Below, piece by piece: positions 31,395 through 41,750 of a DNA stretch of 59,570 bases. The position numbers were made by a program, and so were the translations under genes. Numbering within the stretch: the first letter of the stretch is position 1; every line of letters starts with the position of its first letter. The notes under the pieces are model-generated. The model made no database searches, had not been told where the DNA came from, and was given only the letters and a program-made list of their open reading frames with translations. The stretch lies in NCBI GenBank assembly GCA_020845805.1, contig JADLFD010000416.1, positions 1-59,570 of the forward strand, in the 5' to 3' direction. Source of the DNA: Verrucomicrobiales bacterium (GTDB lineage: Bacteria > Verrucomicrobiota > Verrucomicrobiia > Limisphaerales > CAIMTB01).

Positions 31395-32444
31395 ATGAGC
31401 CAGAACTCTGACACCCAGGTGGGCCCGCCCGACGTGGCAGCGATGACCAAGGTTCAGAAACTGGCCACGCTGCTGATCATGCTCGGCCCCGAGACAGCCT
31501 CCCATCTCCTGAAGCAGTTCGACGAGAGTGAACTGGAAACGGTCACCACCGAGATGGCCAAGATTCCATACGTCACGCAGCAGATGCGCGGGGCGGTGCT
31601 CAAGGAGTTCACCGAGGTGGCGGTGCTGGCCGGTAGCTGCACGCTGGGCGGGCTCGACTACACCAAGTCGACGCTCGAAAAGTCATTCGGACAGTTCCGA
31701 GCCTCGAACATCATTGCCCGCGTCTCGCCGGTGAAGACGACGCCCAACGCCATGGCGCAGATCCTGGAGATGGACGCGCGTCAGGTGTTCAACCTGCTCA
31801 AGCACGAGCAGCCGCAGACCATCGCCCTGGTCACCAGTTATCTGCATTCGGACAAGAGCTCGGAACTGCTCATGCTCCTGCGCAACGAGGTGCGCGACCA
31901 GGTGGTTGAACGGATCGCCACCATGGCTGCCACGCCCATCGAGGTCGTGGAGCGGGTGGTGGAGATGCTCAATCAGAAGCTGGCCGGCCGGCAGCCGCGC
32001 GCGCTCAACCAGACCGGCGGCGTCAAGAACGCCGCCGAACTCCTCAACTCGATGGAGAAGGAAACCAGCAAGGCCCTGCTCGTTTCGCTGGAGGAGCGCA
32101 ACCCGGAGCTCGGGGCGGCGATCCGGCAGAAGATGTTCACCTTCGAGGATCTCGCCCACCTCGATACCGCCGCCCTGCAGAAGGTGCTGCGCGAAGTCGA
32201 AATGCGCGACCTCGCCATGGCGCTCAAGACCGCCAGCGAGAAGGTCAAGAAGGCCCTCCTGTCCTGCATCTCCAAACGCGCCGCGGAAACGGTCAACGAA
32301 GAGCTTGGCTTCATGGGGCCGCTGCGCCTGCGCGACATCGAGGCCGCCCAGGGGCGCATCATCGAGGCCGTGCGCCGTCTGGAGGCGGAAGGCGAGGTCG
32401 ATCTCAGCAGCACGGGAGGAGGCGGCGATGAAGTCGTCTCCTGA
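31395..32444 (+). CDS. fliG: Flagellar motor switch protein FliG
   Basis: 349 aa. The sequence has KLATLLIMLGPE..., MFTFEDL and ALKTASEKVKKALL...LRLRDIEAAQ. Confidence 0.93.
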   Translation: MSQNSDTQVGPPDVAAMTKVQKLATLLIMLGPETASHLLKQFDESELETVTTEMAKIPYVTQQMRGAVLKEFTEVAVLAGSCTLGGLDYTKSTLEKSFGQFRASNIIARVSPVKTTPNAMAQILEMDARQVFNLLKHEQPQTIALVTSYLHSDKSSELLMLLRNEVRDQVVERIATMAATPIEVVERVVEMLNQKLAGRQPRALNQTGGVKNAAELLNSMEKETSKALLVSLEERNPELGAAIRQKMFTFEDLAHLDTAALQKVLREVEMRDLAMALKTASEKVKKALLSCISKRAAETVNEELGFMGPLRLRDIEAAQGRIIEAVRRLEAEGEVDLSSTGGGGDEVVS

Positions 32445-33006
32445 ACCCATCCGTTTCAGCCAACCGTTGCGCGACGTGCGGCCCGGCCGCTGCGCCGCCC
32501 CCTCGCGCGACTGGGAGGGCGAGGTGCGCTCGGCCTTCGAGCGTGGCCGGCAGGAAGGCGAACGCATGCTCGCCGAGCAGCTCCTCCAGCAGCGAAACGA
32601 GACGCGTCAGGTCTTCGAAGGCGTGATCGCCTCGCTCCAGAAATCCATCCATCAGGTCACGCACGATTCCGAGCAGCAGCTCGTCGCGCTCGCGCTCGAA
32701 ATCGCCCGCAAACTCATCGGCGACATCCCCATCTCCACGGAGATGGTCGAGGCGTCGGTTCGGGAAGCCATCAGCCAGGTCGAGGACGCCACCGAGCTCC
32801 ATGTGCGGCTGCACCCGGTGGACCTGGAACTGCTGCACAAGTCCGATTCCAGCCTGCTCAAAGCACCGACGGATGGCACGACGGTCCGTTTCCACAGTTC
32901 CTCGGAAGTCTCGCGTGGCGGGTGCCTCGTGCAGACCCGTTTTGGCGTACTAGATGCCCGCCGGGAAACGCGCTTCGACCTGCTGAAGAACTCCGTGCTC
33001 GCATGA
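32428..33006 (+). CDS. fliH: Flagellar export apparatus protein FliH
   Basis: The sequence has FERGRQEGERMLAEQ...LVALALEIARKLIG...GGCLVQT. The ATG at 32428 overlaps the fliG end. Confidence 0.8.
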   Translation: MKSSPEPIRFSQPLRDVRPGRCAAPSRDWEGEVRSAFERGRQEGERMLAEQLLQQRNETRQVFEGVIASLQKSIHQVTHDSEQQLVALALEIARKLIGDIPISTEMVEASVREAISQVEDATELHVRLHPVDLELLHKSDSSLLKAPTDGTTVRFHSSSEVSRGGCLVQTRFGVLDARRETRFDLLKNSVLA

Positions 33007-34394
33007 AACCCGCCCTCCCGAGCGAAACCACGTCCGGCCCGGCGAACCGCTTGGAGTCCGTGCTCCAACGGGTGCGCGACACCAGCGTGGTGCGGAGTCA
33101 CGGGCGCGTGGTCCAATCCATCGGCCTGGTGGTGGAGTCCGAGGGCCCGCTCGCCGCCGTGGGCGAGGTGTGTCGCATCGAATCTGCGCGGCACGACGGC
33201 CATACCCTCGCGGAAGTGGTGGGGTTCCGGAACAACCATGTGCTCCTCATGCCGCTCGGCGAGACGCATGGCATCCATCCCGGCAGCGAGGTCGTCGCCT
33301 TGGGGGCACCGCTACGGGTTCCGGTGGGCGATGAACTGAAGGGTCGGGTCATCGATGGCCTGGGCCAGCCGCTGGACGACCTGGGCCCGATCCGGGCCGC
33401 GCGGAGCGCCCCCCTGAATCTCCTGCCGCCGCATCCGCTGCGGCGCCAGCGCATCGGCCAGGTGTTCCGGACCGGCGTGAAGGCGATCGACACCTTCACT
33501 CCCTGCGGGCGCGGTCAGCGCATGGGCATCTTCGCCGGCAGCGGCGTGGGCAAGTCGACCCTGCTGGGCATGATCGCCAGCGAGGCGGAGGCCGACGTGA
33601 ATGTGATCGCGCTGATCGGGGAACGCGGTCGCGAGGTGCGCGAGTTCCTCGAAAAGGATCTGACTCCGGCCGGACGCCAGAAGTCGGTGGTCGTGGTCGC
33701 CACCTCCAACGCACCCGCCATTACGCGGCTCAAGGGGGCGTTCATCGCCATGGCCATCGCCGAGCATTTCCGCGACGCCGGACAGAATGTGCTGCTGATG
33801 ATGGACTCGGTGACGCGCTTCGCCATGGCTCAGCGCGAAATCGGACTCGCGGTCGGGGAACCGCCCGCCACCCGCGGCTACACGCCGTCGGTGTTCTCGC
33901 TCCTGCCGCAGCTGCTCGAGCGCGCCGGCACTGGCGAGCGCGGCTCCATGACCGGTCTGTTCACGGTGCTCGTGGAGCAGGACGACATGAATGATCCGAT
34001 CGCGGATGCTGTGCGCTCGATCCTCGACGGGCATGTGGTGTTGTCCCGCGAACTGGCCACGCAAAATCATTACCCCGCCATCGAAGTCCTGGAGAGCGTC
34101 AGTCGTCTGGTGCGCGACCTGACTTCCGTCGATCAGCAGAAGGTGGCCGGACGCGCCCGCGAATCGCTGGCGGTGTACCGACGCAACCAGGACCTCATCA
34201 ACATCGGGGCCTATCCCGCGGGCAGCAATGCGGACATCGATCTCGCCATCCGCCTGAACGAACCGCTCAAAGCCTTTCTCCGCCAGCGTGTGGATGAAGG
34301 GTTCACCACGGCCGACAGCTGGAAGCTGCTGGCCCGGGCGCTCGACACCGCCGCAGCCACTCCGCCTGCCGCTCCACCGAAACCCAGGTTGTAA
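33003..34394 (+). CDS. fliI: Flagellum-specific ATPase FliI
   Basis: Walker A is GSGVGKSTLL and Walker B is LLMMDSVTR. The ATGA start overlaps the fliH stop. Confidence 0.93.
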   Translation: MKPALPSETTSGPANRLESVLQRVRDTSVVRSHGRVVQSIGLVVESEGPLAAVGEVCRIESARHDGHTLAEVVGFRNNHVLLMPLGETHGIHPGSEVVALGAPLRVPVGDELKGRVIDGLGQPLDDLGPIRAARSAPLNLLPPHPLRRQRIGQVFRTGVKAIDTFTPCGRGQRMGIFAGSGVGKSTLLGMIASEAEADVNVIALIGERGREVREFLEKDLTPAGRQKSVVVVATSNAPAITRLKGAFIAMAIAEHFRDAGQNVLLMMDSVTRFAMAQREIGLAVGEPPATRGYTPSVFSLLPQLLERAGTGERGSMTGLFTVLVEQDDMNDPIADAVRSILDGHVVLSRELATQNHYPAIEVLESVSRLVRDLTSVDQQKVAGRARESLAVYRRNQDLINIGAYPAGSNADIDLAIRLNEPLKAFLRQRVDEGFTTADSWKLLARALDTAAATPPAAPPKPRL

Positions 34395-34397
34395 CGC

Positions 34398-34859
34398 ATG
34401 AAACGCTTCCGATTCAGCCTCCACGCGCTGCTGGCCATTCGTAAACGCCAGGAGACCGAGGCCCAGGAACGATACGCCGCCGTGCTCGCGCGCCAACGCC
34501 AGGCCGCCAACCAGGTGGCCCTCGCCGATTCCGATCTTGGCCAGGCCGCGGGCGCCCTGCGCAGCAGCATGGGACGCGGCATGGTCGCCGCCGAGTTCGC
34601 CCAGCGCGGCGATCATCTCCGCGCGCTGGAACTCCGCCGCGCTCAGGCGGCCGTGGCCCTCGCCCGGGTCGAACACGAAGTTCCGCCCGCTCTTGACTCC
34701 ATGCTTCTCGCGCGCCGGCAGCGTGAGGTGGTGGAAAAATTCGAGTCGCGCCAGCGCGACCGTCATGAACGCGAATTCCTTCGGCGCGAAGAGAAGGAGA
34801 ACGACGAACTCGCTCTGCGCCGCTTCGCGCCCGCCGTCTTCACCACCGGCCACCGCTGA
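34398..34859 (+). CDS. fliJ: Flagellar export chaperone FliJ
   Basis: 153 aa coiled coil. The sequence has MKRFRFSLHALLAIRKRQE...REVVEKFESRQRDRHEREFLRREEKENDE. Confidence 0.8.
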   Translation: MKRFRFSLHALLAIRKRQETEAQERYAAVLARQRQAANQVALADSDLGQAAGALRSSMGRGMVAAEFAQRGDHLRALELRRAQAAVALARVEHEVPPALDSMLLARRQREVVEKFESRQRDRHEREFLRREEKENDELALRRFAPAVFTTGHR

Positions 34860-34865
34860 TTTCCC

Positions 34866-35486
34866 ATGGTCCGAAAGCTCCAATCTCCGCTGGTCGCCGT
34901 GCTCCTTGGGCTTCTGCTTTACGCCGGCGTCACGGCGGCACTCTGGCCTGCCATTGAGGTGCCCAAACCCAACAAGCCCGCCAATCCCAAGGCCATCGCC
35001 ATCAAACCTCCGCCGCCCAAAAAGGGGCCGTCCTGGGATTATGTGAACCCAGAGGTCGACCAACTCGTGGACGAGCTGAAGAAGGAACGCCAGGCCCTCG
35101 CGGATCGCGCGCGGCAACTCGATGAGCTCGCCGCCCGGCTACAGTCCGAGCGCACCGAGCTCAATGTGGTCACCCAGCAGGTCGCCCAGCTGCAGAAGGA
35201 GTTCGACAACACCATCATCCGGGTCACGGAGGAGGAAACCACCAACCTCAAGCGCCTGGCCAAGGTCTACACGTCGATGTCCCCCGAAGGCGCAGCGGTG
35301 ATTCTCAAGCAACTGGAGGAAACCACCATCGTGAAGATCCTCACCTTCATGAAGGACGGCGAAACCGCGCCCATCCTCGAAACCATCGCCAAACTCGGGG
35401 ACGAGGAGGCCAAAATGGCCGCCAGCATCTCCGAGCGTCTCCGCCTCGCCATCGTTCCGAAACCCGCCGCCAAACCCAAAACATGA
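34866..35486 (+). CDS. MotE/YlxF-like flagellar protein (MgtE_N-type domain)
   Basis: An N-terminal TM segment and a coiled coil are followed by KVYTSMSPEGAAVILKQLEETTIVKILTFMKDGETAPILE. The position matches ylxF of the Bacillus fla/che operon. Confidence 0.7.
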   Translation: MVRKLQSPLVAVLLGLLLYAGVTAALWPAIEVPKPNKPANPKAIAIKPPPPKKGPSWDYVNPEVDQLVDELKKERQALADRARQLDELAARLQSERTELNVVTQQVAQLQKEFDNTIIRVTEEETTNLKRLAKVYTSMSPEGAAVILKQLEETTIVKILTFMKDGETAPILETIAKLGDEEAKMAASISERLRLAIVPKPAAKPKT

Positions 35487-38400
35487 CCTCCCTTCCGTTC
35501 GTCGCCGCCGATCTCTCCGTTCCGGCCGGCGTGGCCAGCCTCACGCTGGAGGGAAGCGTCGGCCTCCTCGCTGCCGATCTCAACGCCCGCCCCGAGGCGG
35601 TGCCCTTCGGGGTTTTCATCGACCAGGCGCTCGGCAACAGCACCTCCACTTCGGGTGCTCACGGTGATGCCTCGGAACCGCAGATCCAGGCCTTCGCGTA
35701 TGCCGATTCCTCCGGGGCAGGGGATGTCACCCCCGACCATGCCTCCGACCCGGACCAGATCGCCGACACTCTCCCGTCCACGGAGGAGCGAGCCAGCGGA
35801 CGCGCCCAGGTCACGGCTTCCTCTTCCGAAGTCAGCAGCGGCCACTCGACTACGAGCTCCACCCTCGATACGAGCACCGACACCAACACTGACACGGATA
35901 CCGAGGCCGTTGCTGAGACCGACACCGACGCGGCTACCGAGGCCGTCGCTGACACCAAGTCGGATCGCGTGGTGGGACATGGCCCGCGGTCGACCGCCAA
36001 GGTCAGCCGTGCTGCCCTCCTGACTTCGACCGCCCCGGCACTCTCCAACAGCGGTGGCGCCGGAGCGGCGATGCTCCCGAGCGCCGAGCCCTCCCCCCAA
36101 ACGGACTCCACACGTCCCGACCCGCAATCCGCTTCCGCAGCTCGATCGGCTCCCGACCTGGGGGAATTGCCCGCGACGACTCTGGCGCCCTCCGACCCCG
36201 TCGCCGCGACGCTGCCCCTGCCGTTGCCGCTACCCCTCCTTTCGTCCACGAAACCTGACCCAAACGCCTCCGAAGCCGGGGCCCAAGCGGTTTCTTCTGC
36301 CCTTCCGGTTCCCGCCTCGGTCGCCGCACATATCTCGTCGCAAAAGGCGGACGCCTCCCCTCGGCCCTCAATTTCACAGGCCTCCACGGGGGCGTTTGAG
36401 CACGGACAACTTCCCATCGCAGCCAAACCAGCCCAAGGCGGGGTGGTGGTCGCGACGCCCAGCCCGACTCCGCTTCCCGCGGTTTCCGTCCCGGCGGCCT
36501 CCGCACCCTCCTCGACGGCATCCGTCAGTTCCCAGCCGGCCGGATCGCGGGACGAGGACGACCTGCTTCCGGAGGGGTCACGCGAAGCGACCTCAGGGGA
36601 ACCCCTGATTGCTCTGTCCCCCGCGCGAGGGATCATCCCCAGTGACCAGGTCCTGGAGGCCCCGACCCGAGCGACCCTCCCCGGCCAGTCGGCCAGGCTG
36701 AATCCTACGAGGATCGAGACACCTCCCTCTTCCGTGGTGCAGGTCGATGGTGAGGTGATCGCGCCCGTCGATCAAATCGACCTCCCGGCTAGCCCAACTC
36801 CCGAGCCAGGGCCCCAAACCGACGCTCGGCTGGAGGACCCCGTCGGGTCGCCTTCGGCAGCGCCGCGTCCGGCACGCCAAGCCATTCCGGGTTCCCGCAT
36901 CCTGTCGAAGAGCAGTAGGGAAGTACTGATGCAGGACAGTTCCCGCCCCGCACTGGCGGCATGGGAATCCGGCTTGCTGGCGGCCCGGAGCGAGCTCGCT
37001 TCCGATAGCCGGGTAGCGTCGGCTCTGAACACCGCGACCCAGTTCGCCCGGAGTGAGCTTCCCGCCGATCAGAGTGGGCCGCCCACGAAGCCGCTCGGAG
37101 TCCCGACGCCCGCGTCCGCTCGGTCCGCGGCGGCGCCAAGAGCAACAGACCCCCTGCTCATGAGCCTGGCCGCCGACGGCCAGAGCGAATCGAGCGAGGC
37201 TCCGATTGCGCCCGCCCGGGGCACTGATGCCGCCACTCTCGTGGGATCGCCTCGCCGCTTCGCCGAGGCCACCGAACTGGATCAGGCCGAGGACGATTCG
37301 GCCAGGGAGGCCGTTGCCCCCGCGATCGGACGCGGTGAATCCCCTTCCAGCCCCAAGGCTGCCTGGCCCTCGGCGAACTTGTCGCGGCAGGAACGGGACG
37401 CGCAGGCGACGAGTCGCGTGCCGGAGGATGGGGGAACGCCATGGCGCGCGTTCGCTGCCGCGGTCACGCAACCGGGAGAATTGGGGATCGAAGGACCCGG
37501 GAGTGAGGTGCTGGCATCTGCCCCCCGCGAACTCGCGACGCCCGCGGTCTCCAAGCCGGACGTTGAGGCCACCTCGGGAAAAGCGGCTGCCGCCCCGTTC
37601 GTTCGCGTCGAGGAGCCGGCTCGGGCTTTGCCACCTGGAACGCCGCCGCCAACTCTGAACGAGACGTGGACCGTGGGCGCGGGGACCGAGACCCAGGCGG
37701 TCGTTTCCGATCTCGCCCCAACCCCGGAGATCCCGGAGGCCCGTCAGGAGGTTCCGAAGCAGGTTCCGGCCCCTTCGACATCCCCTACGCCAGCTCCGCA
37801 GGCGCGCGCTCCGGTAGTTGAGGTTCTTAAGGACCCGGTGCGAGGAACCTTGATTCCCCAGGTTGGAGATGCGGACGGCTATTGGGTGGGGCAAATGCGG
37901 GGTGGCACGCCCATTGCTGAGGTAGGGGAAGCGATGCGCAACAGCCGCAAAACGACCAAACCTGCCGAGGTGGAGGCGAACTTCTTGCCGGCTGGCAGGA
38001 AGAGTCCGTCCGCGCGAGAGGTTGGGGCAGGGGTGGCGTTGGCTTCCGTCGCCAGAGGAACCGCCGCTGGCCAGTCGGACCCGGATCGGTTGGCGGACCT
38101 CTTGCTTGAGGACCTGATGAGCTCTCCCTACCGGGTGTCCCGGTGGGAGGAAATCCCGGGTTTGGACCGTACCGCGGGGGCAGTACCGCTCAGCCCGGCG
38201 GAACGTGTGGGGCGACTGGAGAGTTTGCTCAGTCGCGAAGTCACGGCCATCCGGCAGCTCGGGGCGCATACGCTCTCCGTGCTGTTGCGTCCGGACGCCG
38301 ATACCGCGCTGGTGGTGCAGCTCAAGCAGACGGATGGCGTCGTGGAAGCGGCGGTGAAGTGCGATCGCGGCGATCTTCGGGACCTGCAGGCGCATTGGCC

Positions 38401-38698
38401 GATGCTTCGGGAAGCGCTGGCGGAGCAGAACATCCGCTTGCTCCCCTTGCAGGCGCCGAGCCAGGAGTCGAGCGCAGGAAACGGCGCGCGGGCGCAGTTC
38501 TCCGACGACCGTCAGGCGCGGCAAAGTGGATCCGAACTGGAAGGGCGCCGCTCGGGTCAGGAGCAGGGGCAGGAATCGCGCCAGCGTTCGCAGGGCGGGA
38601 GCGAGTCTGGTGTGCGGCCGCTGGTGGCCCAGGTCCCGGGTCAGGCTTCCCCTCGGGCCCGGGGCGTGCGTCGGGATGGTTGGGAGTTCTGGGCGTAA
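35483..38698 (+). CDS. fliK: Flagellar hook-length control protein FliK (unusually long, 1071 aa)
   Basis: The protein is mostly Pro/Ala/Ser-rich and disordered. The C-terminus LSVLLRPDADTALVVQLKQTDGVVEAAVKCDRGDLRDLQAHWPMLREALAEQNIRLLPL matches the Flg_hook domain pattern. The gene lies between the ylxF-like gene and flgD. Confidence 0.8.
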   Translation: MTSLPFVAADLSVPAGVASLTLEGSVGLLAADLNARPEAVPFGVFIDQALGNSTSTSGAHGDASEPQIQAFAYADSSGAGDVTPDHASDPDQIADTLPSTEERASGRAQVTASSSEVSSGHSTTSSTLDTSTDTNTDTDTEAVAETDTDAATEAVADTKSDRVVGHGPRSTAKVSRAALLTSTAPALSNSGGAGAAMLPSAEPSPQTDSTRPDPQSASAARSAPDLGELPATTLAPSDPVAATLPLPLPLPLLSSTKPDPNASEAGAQAVSSALPVPASVAAHISSQKADASPRPSISQASTGAFEHGQLPIAAKPAQGGVVVATPSPTPLPAVSVPAASAPSSTASVSSQPAGSRDEDDLLPEGSREATSGEPLIALSPARGIIPSDQVLEAPTRATLPGQSARLNPTRIETPPSSVVQVDGEVIAPVDQIDLPASPTPEPGPQTDARLEDPVGSPSAAPRPARQAIPGSRILSKSSREVLMQDSSRPALAAWESGLLAARSELASDSRVASALNTATQFARSELPADQSGPPTKPLGVPTPASARSAAAPRATDPLLMSLAADGQSESSEAPIAPARGTDAATLVGSPRRFAEATELDQAEDDSAREAVAPAIGRGESPSSPKAAWPSANLSRQERDAQATSRVPEDGGTPWRAFAAAVTQPGELGIEGPGSEVLASAPRELATPAVSKPDVEATSGKAAAAPFVRVEEPARALPPGTPPPTLNETWTVGAGTETQAVVSDLAPTPEIPEARQEVPKQVPAPSTSPTPAPQARAPVVEVLKDPVRGTLIPQVGDADGYWVGQMRGGTPIAEVGEAMRNSRKTTKPAEVEANFLPAGRKSPSAREVGAGVALASVARGTAAGQSDPDRLADLLLEDLMSSPYRVSRWEEIPGLDRTAGAVPLSPAERVGRLESLLSREVTAIRQLGAHTLSVLLRPDADTALVVQLKQTDGVVEAAVKCDRGDLRDLQAHWPMLREALAEQNIRLLPLQAPSQESSAGNGARAQFSDDRQARQSGSELEGRRSGQEQGQESRQRSQGGSESGVRPLVAQVPGQASPRARGVRRDGWEFWA

Positions 38699-38728
38699 GA
38701 CAACCCTCCACCTCAAAACCCTTTTATC

Positions 38729-39172
38729 ATGAGCAGCGTAGATGGCATCAGCACCACGACGTCGGAAAGCGCGACCAATTATCTGGATCGCATCCCCAAG
38801 CAGACCCTGGGGCAGGATGATTTCCTGCAGCTGCTGGTCACGCAGTTGACGCAGCAGGATCCGATGTCGCCGAAGAGCGACTCCGAGTTCATCTCTCAGA
38901 TGGCCTCGTTCAGTTCCCTGGAGCAGACCAAGTTGATGCTGACCGACATCTCGGCGATGCGCGTGGACCAGGAGCTGCTGCAGGCGAATTCACTTTTAGG
39001 ACGCATGGTAACCCTCCGAGCGGGAAGCAAGGAGGAGACCACCGGGCTGGTCAGCGCCGTGCATGTGGAGGCAGGGACGCCCAAAGTGGAGGTCGACGGT
39101 GTTCGATATGACCTGAAGGACATATCGGTCATCGTGCCGACCCTCGTGAGTGAACCCGAAACGACAGACTGA
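38729..39172 (+). CDS. flgD: Flagellar hook cap protein FlgD
   Basis: 147 aa. The sequence has LGQDDFLQLLVTQLTQQDPMSPKSDSEFISQMASFSSLEQ. Confidence 0.92.
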   Translation: MSSVDGISTTTSESATNYLDRIPKQTLGQDDFLQLLVTQLTQQDPMSPKSDSEFISQMASFSSLEQTKLMLTDISAMRVDQELLQANSLLGRMVTLRAGSKEETTGLVSAVHVEAGTPKVEVDGVRYDLKDISVIVPTLVSEPETTD

Positions 39173-39177
39173 AACCT

Positions 39178-40044
39178 ATGTTGCGTTCCCTAACCTCAGC
39201 CATCAGCGGCCTGCAGAATTTCCAAGGCCGCATGGACGTCATCGGCAATAACATTGCCAACGTCAATACCACCGGCTTCAAGGCCGGCCGCGTCGACTTC
39301 GCTGACTCGTTCAGCCAGACGCTGCGGAGTTCCAATCCCGGCGACGGCGATGTCACCGGCACCTCGGCCATGCAGATCGGGTCCGGTGTCACCACCGGCG
39401 CGATCCGTAATCTCTACACCCAGGGCGCGGTCGCACGCACCGGAGTGAAGACGGACCTCGCTGTCTCCGGCGAAGGTTACTTCGTCGTGCGCGATCCAGT
39501 GAGTGGGACGCCCATGGTCACTCGCGCGGGCGACTTCCGCGTCGATGACGACGGATACATCGTCAATAATAGCGGACTGCGCCTCCAGGGTTACTCGGAT
39601 GCCGCTCTGGGCGTCGTAGGGGACATCAAGATTGATCTCGAAGGCAAGCCGGCCGGGGTCGCCGACACGGTGACCATGTCGGATTGGGCCATCGACCGCG
39701 AAGGCAAGATCAACGTGAGTCTCTCGGACGGCTCTCAGTTCGTGCGCGGGCAGATTCTCCTCCAGAAATTCAGTGACCCTCAGGGCCTGGTGAAGGAGGG
39801 GAACAACCTGTATTCCGGCATCTCGGCGGCCGGACCACTGGGTGGTGCCGATTCCCCCACGCCGGGCAGGCCCACCCTCGCGGGCCTGGGTTCCATTCAA
39901 TCGGGATCGTTGGAGCTTTCGAACGTCGACCTCGCCAACGAGTTCTCGAGCATGATCACCGCGCAACGCGCCTTCCAGGCCACCGCGCGCATCATCTCGA
40001 CCAGCGACGAAATGCTCCAGGAACTGGTGAACCTCAAACGCTGA
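39178..40044 (+). CDS. flgE: Flagellar hook protein FlgE (short form)
   Basis: 288 aa. The ends are MLRSLTSAISGLQNFQGRMDVIGNNIANVNTTGFK and LELSNVDLANEFSSMITAQRAFQA. The gene follows flgD. Confidence 0.85.
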   Translation: MLRSLTSAISGLQNFQGRMDVIGNNIANVNTTGFKAGRVDFADSFSQTLRSSNPGDGDVTGTSAMQIGSGVTTGAIRNLYTQGAVARTGVKTDLAVSGEGYFVVRDPVSGTPMVTRAGDFRVDDDGYIVNNSGLRLQGYSDAALGVVGDIKIDLEGKPAGVADTVTMSDWAIDREGKINVSLSDGSQFVRGQILLQKFSDPQGLVKEGNNLYSGISAAGPLGGADSPTPGRPTLAGLGSIQSGSLELSNVDLANEFSSMITAQRAFQATARIISTSDEMLQELVNLKR

Positions 40045-40054
40045 TTAGACAACC

Positions 40055-40702
40055 ATGTCGGACAAGAACGCAGATACCGCCACGGCCGAGGCGCCCAAGG
40101 CGGAAGGGGCGGCACCCGCAGGTGCCAAGGGTGGATCGGGTGGCGGCGCCGCAGCCTGGCTGCCGCTCATCGTGACTCTCGTGGCCATGCCCGCCCTCGC
40201 GTTCGCGGCCACCAAGTTCATGATCATCCCTCAGATCCAGAAGGCCGTCGCCGCTGCCAGCGGGGCCCATGGAGACGAGGCGTCCGGCACGGAACACGCC
40301 GCGGGAGGAGGGGAGGAAAAGGGAGGCGCGGCGGCGGCGGGCGGACATGGTGCCCCCGCGGCGGCAGCAGGCGGACACGGAGCCGCCGGTGACGCCAAGG
40401 AGAAGCCGCATTACGTGCTCAACAAACTGATCGTCAACGTGGCCGGTACCATGGGGACCCGACTGCTCATGAGCAGTTTCACCCTCGTGGGGGCCAAGGC
40501 CGATTTCAAAGCCAAGGCCGAGGAACACGTCGACCAGCTCAAGGATCTCGCCGGCGCGGTGCTCGCCAACAAGACCATCGCCGAGATCGAAAAACCCGGC
40601 TTTCGCAATCAGATCCGGGCCGAACTCATCACGGTTTTCAACGAGGCTCTGGGAGATGGCGTCGTTAAAGAGGTGTTTCTCACCGAGTTCGCCATCCAGT
40701 AG
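40055..40702 (+). CDS. fliL: Flagellar basal body-associated protein FliL
   Basis: A TM segment and a Gly/Ala-rich insert are followed by YVLNKLIVNVAG...FRNQIRAELITVFNE...VKEVFLTEFAIQ. Confidence 0.85.
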   Translation: MSDKNADTATAEAPKAEGAAPAGAKGGSGGGAAAWLPLIVTLVAMPALAFAATKFMIIPQIQKAVAAASGAHGDEASGTEHAAGGGEEKGGAAAAGGHGAPAAAAGGHGAAGDAKEKPHYVLNKLIVNVAGTMGTRLLMSSFTLVGAKADFKAKAEEHVDQLKDLAGAVLANKTIAEIEKPGFRNQIRAELITVFNEALGDGVVKEVFLTEFAIQ

Positions 40703-40711
40703 CCCTGTCCT

Positions 40712-41731
40712 ATGGACGACTCACTCGGCGCCGCCACTCCCGAACAGGTTCTCTCGCAATTCGAGGTCGAGAACCTGCTCGCGCAGATCGCTGAGGAAGA
40801 GAATAGCATTCTCGTCCACACGATCGACAACCGGAAGGAGCGGCGGCCCAAGGACAGTGTCCAACCCTACGACTTCCGCCATCCGGCCTTCCTTTCCGCC
40901 AGTGAGTTGCGCCGCCTGCGCCTGAGACACGAGGACTTCATCCGCGCCCTCGCGGCACGGCTGTCCCTCTATCTGCGCATGGAGTTCACGGTGCAGATGT
41001 CCCAGCTCCAGACCATTCTCTACCGAAAGTTTGTCGAAAGCCTTCCCAACCCCACTCACATCAGTCTGTTCAAGGCCGACCCGCTCCCCGGCGTCTGCCT
41101 CTTGGAGGTCCATCCGCGGCTGGCCCTGACCATCATTGATCGCCTCCTGGGCGGTCCGGCCCACTCGGTGAATGCCGAACACGACCTCTCCGAGATTGAA
41201 CTCGCGCTGATGGAGCAGGTGGTGAATGTGGTTCTCTCCGAATGGTGCGGGCACTGGCACGGGGTGAGAGAGTTGCGGCCAAGCCTGCTCGGTCACGAGA
41301 CCAACGGACGGTTCCTCCAGACCTCCACCCATGACGCGGTGATGCTGATCCTGTGCATGGAGGCGCGCCTGGGCGATTGCATGGAGCGCATGCAGATCGC
41401 CTTCCCGTACTACACCCTCGAGCCGCTCATCCTCACTCTCGCCCAACAGAACGAGGCGTCGATGGGCCCCGCGCCCACCTCCACCAACAGCCGGGGTAAG
41501 TGGATTCCGCAGTTCGATGACATCCAGGTGCCGGTGACCGCCGCCTGGCCCGACCTCGAACTCGCCGCCCGCGATGTCGCCGCGCTCAAGGTCGGGGATC
41601 TCCTCGAAATCTCCCCTTCTTTCGTGGACCAGGTGAATCTCCGCCTCGCTGACGTCTCGCGTTTCCGCGGGCGCCTCGGCACCAACGGCAACAAATGGGC
41701 CGTGCAAATCACGGACGTCCTCAAAAAGTAG
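40712..41731 (+). CDS. fliM: Flagellar motor switch protein FliM
   Basis: The N-terminal LSQFEVENLL is the CheY-P binding motif (LSQxEIDxLL). It is followed by PYDFRHP and IIDRLLGG. Confidence 0.93.
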   Translation: MDDSLGAATPEQVLSQFEVENLLAQIAEEENSILVHTIDNRKERRPKDSVQPYDFRHPAFLSASELRRLRLRHEDFIRALAARLSLYLRMEFTVQMSQLQTILYRKFVESLPNPTHISLFKADPLPGVCLLEVHPRLALTIIDRLLGGPAHSVNAEHDLSEIELALMEQVVNVVLSEWCGHWHGVRELRPSLLGHETNGRFLQTSTHDAVMLILCMEARLGDCMERMQIAFPYYTLEPLILTLAQQNEASMGPAPTSTNSRGKWIPQFDDIQVPVTAAWPDLELAARDVAALKVGDLLEISPSFVDQVNLRLADVSRFRGRLGTNGNKWAVQITDVLKK

Positions 41732-41750
41732 TCCCCCACCCCCTTTTCCC

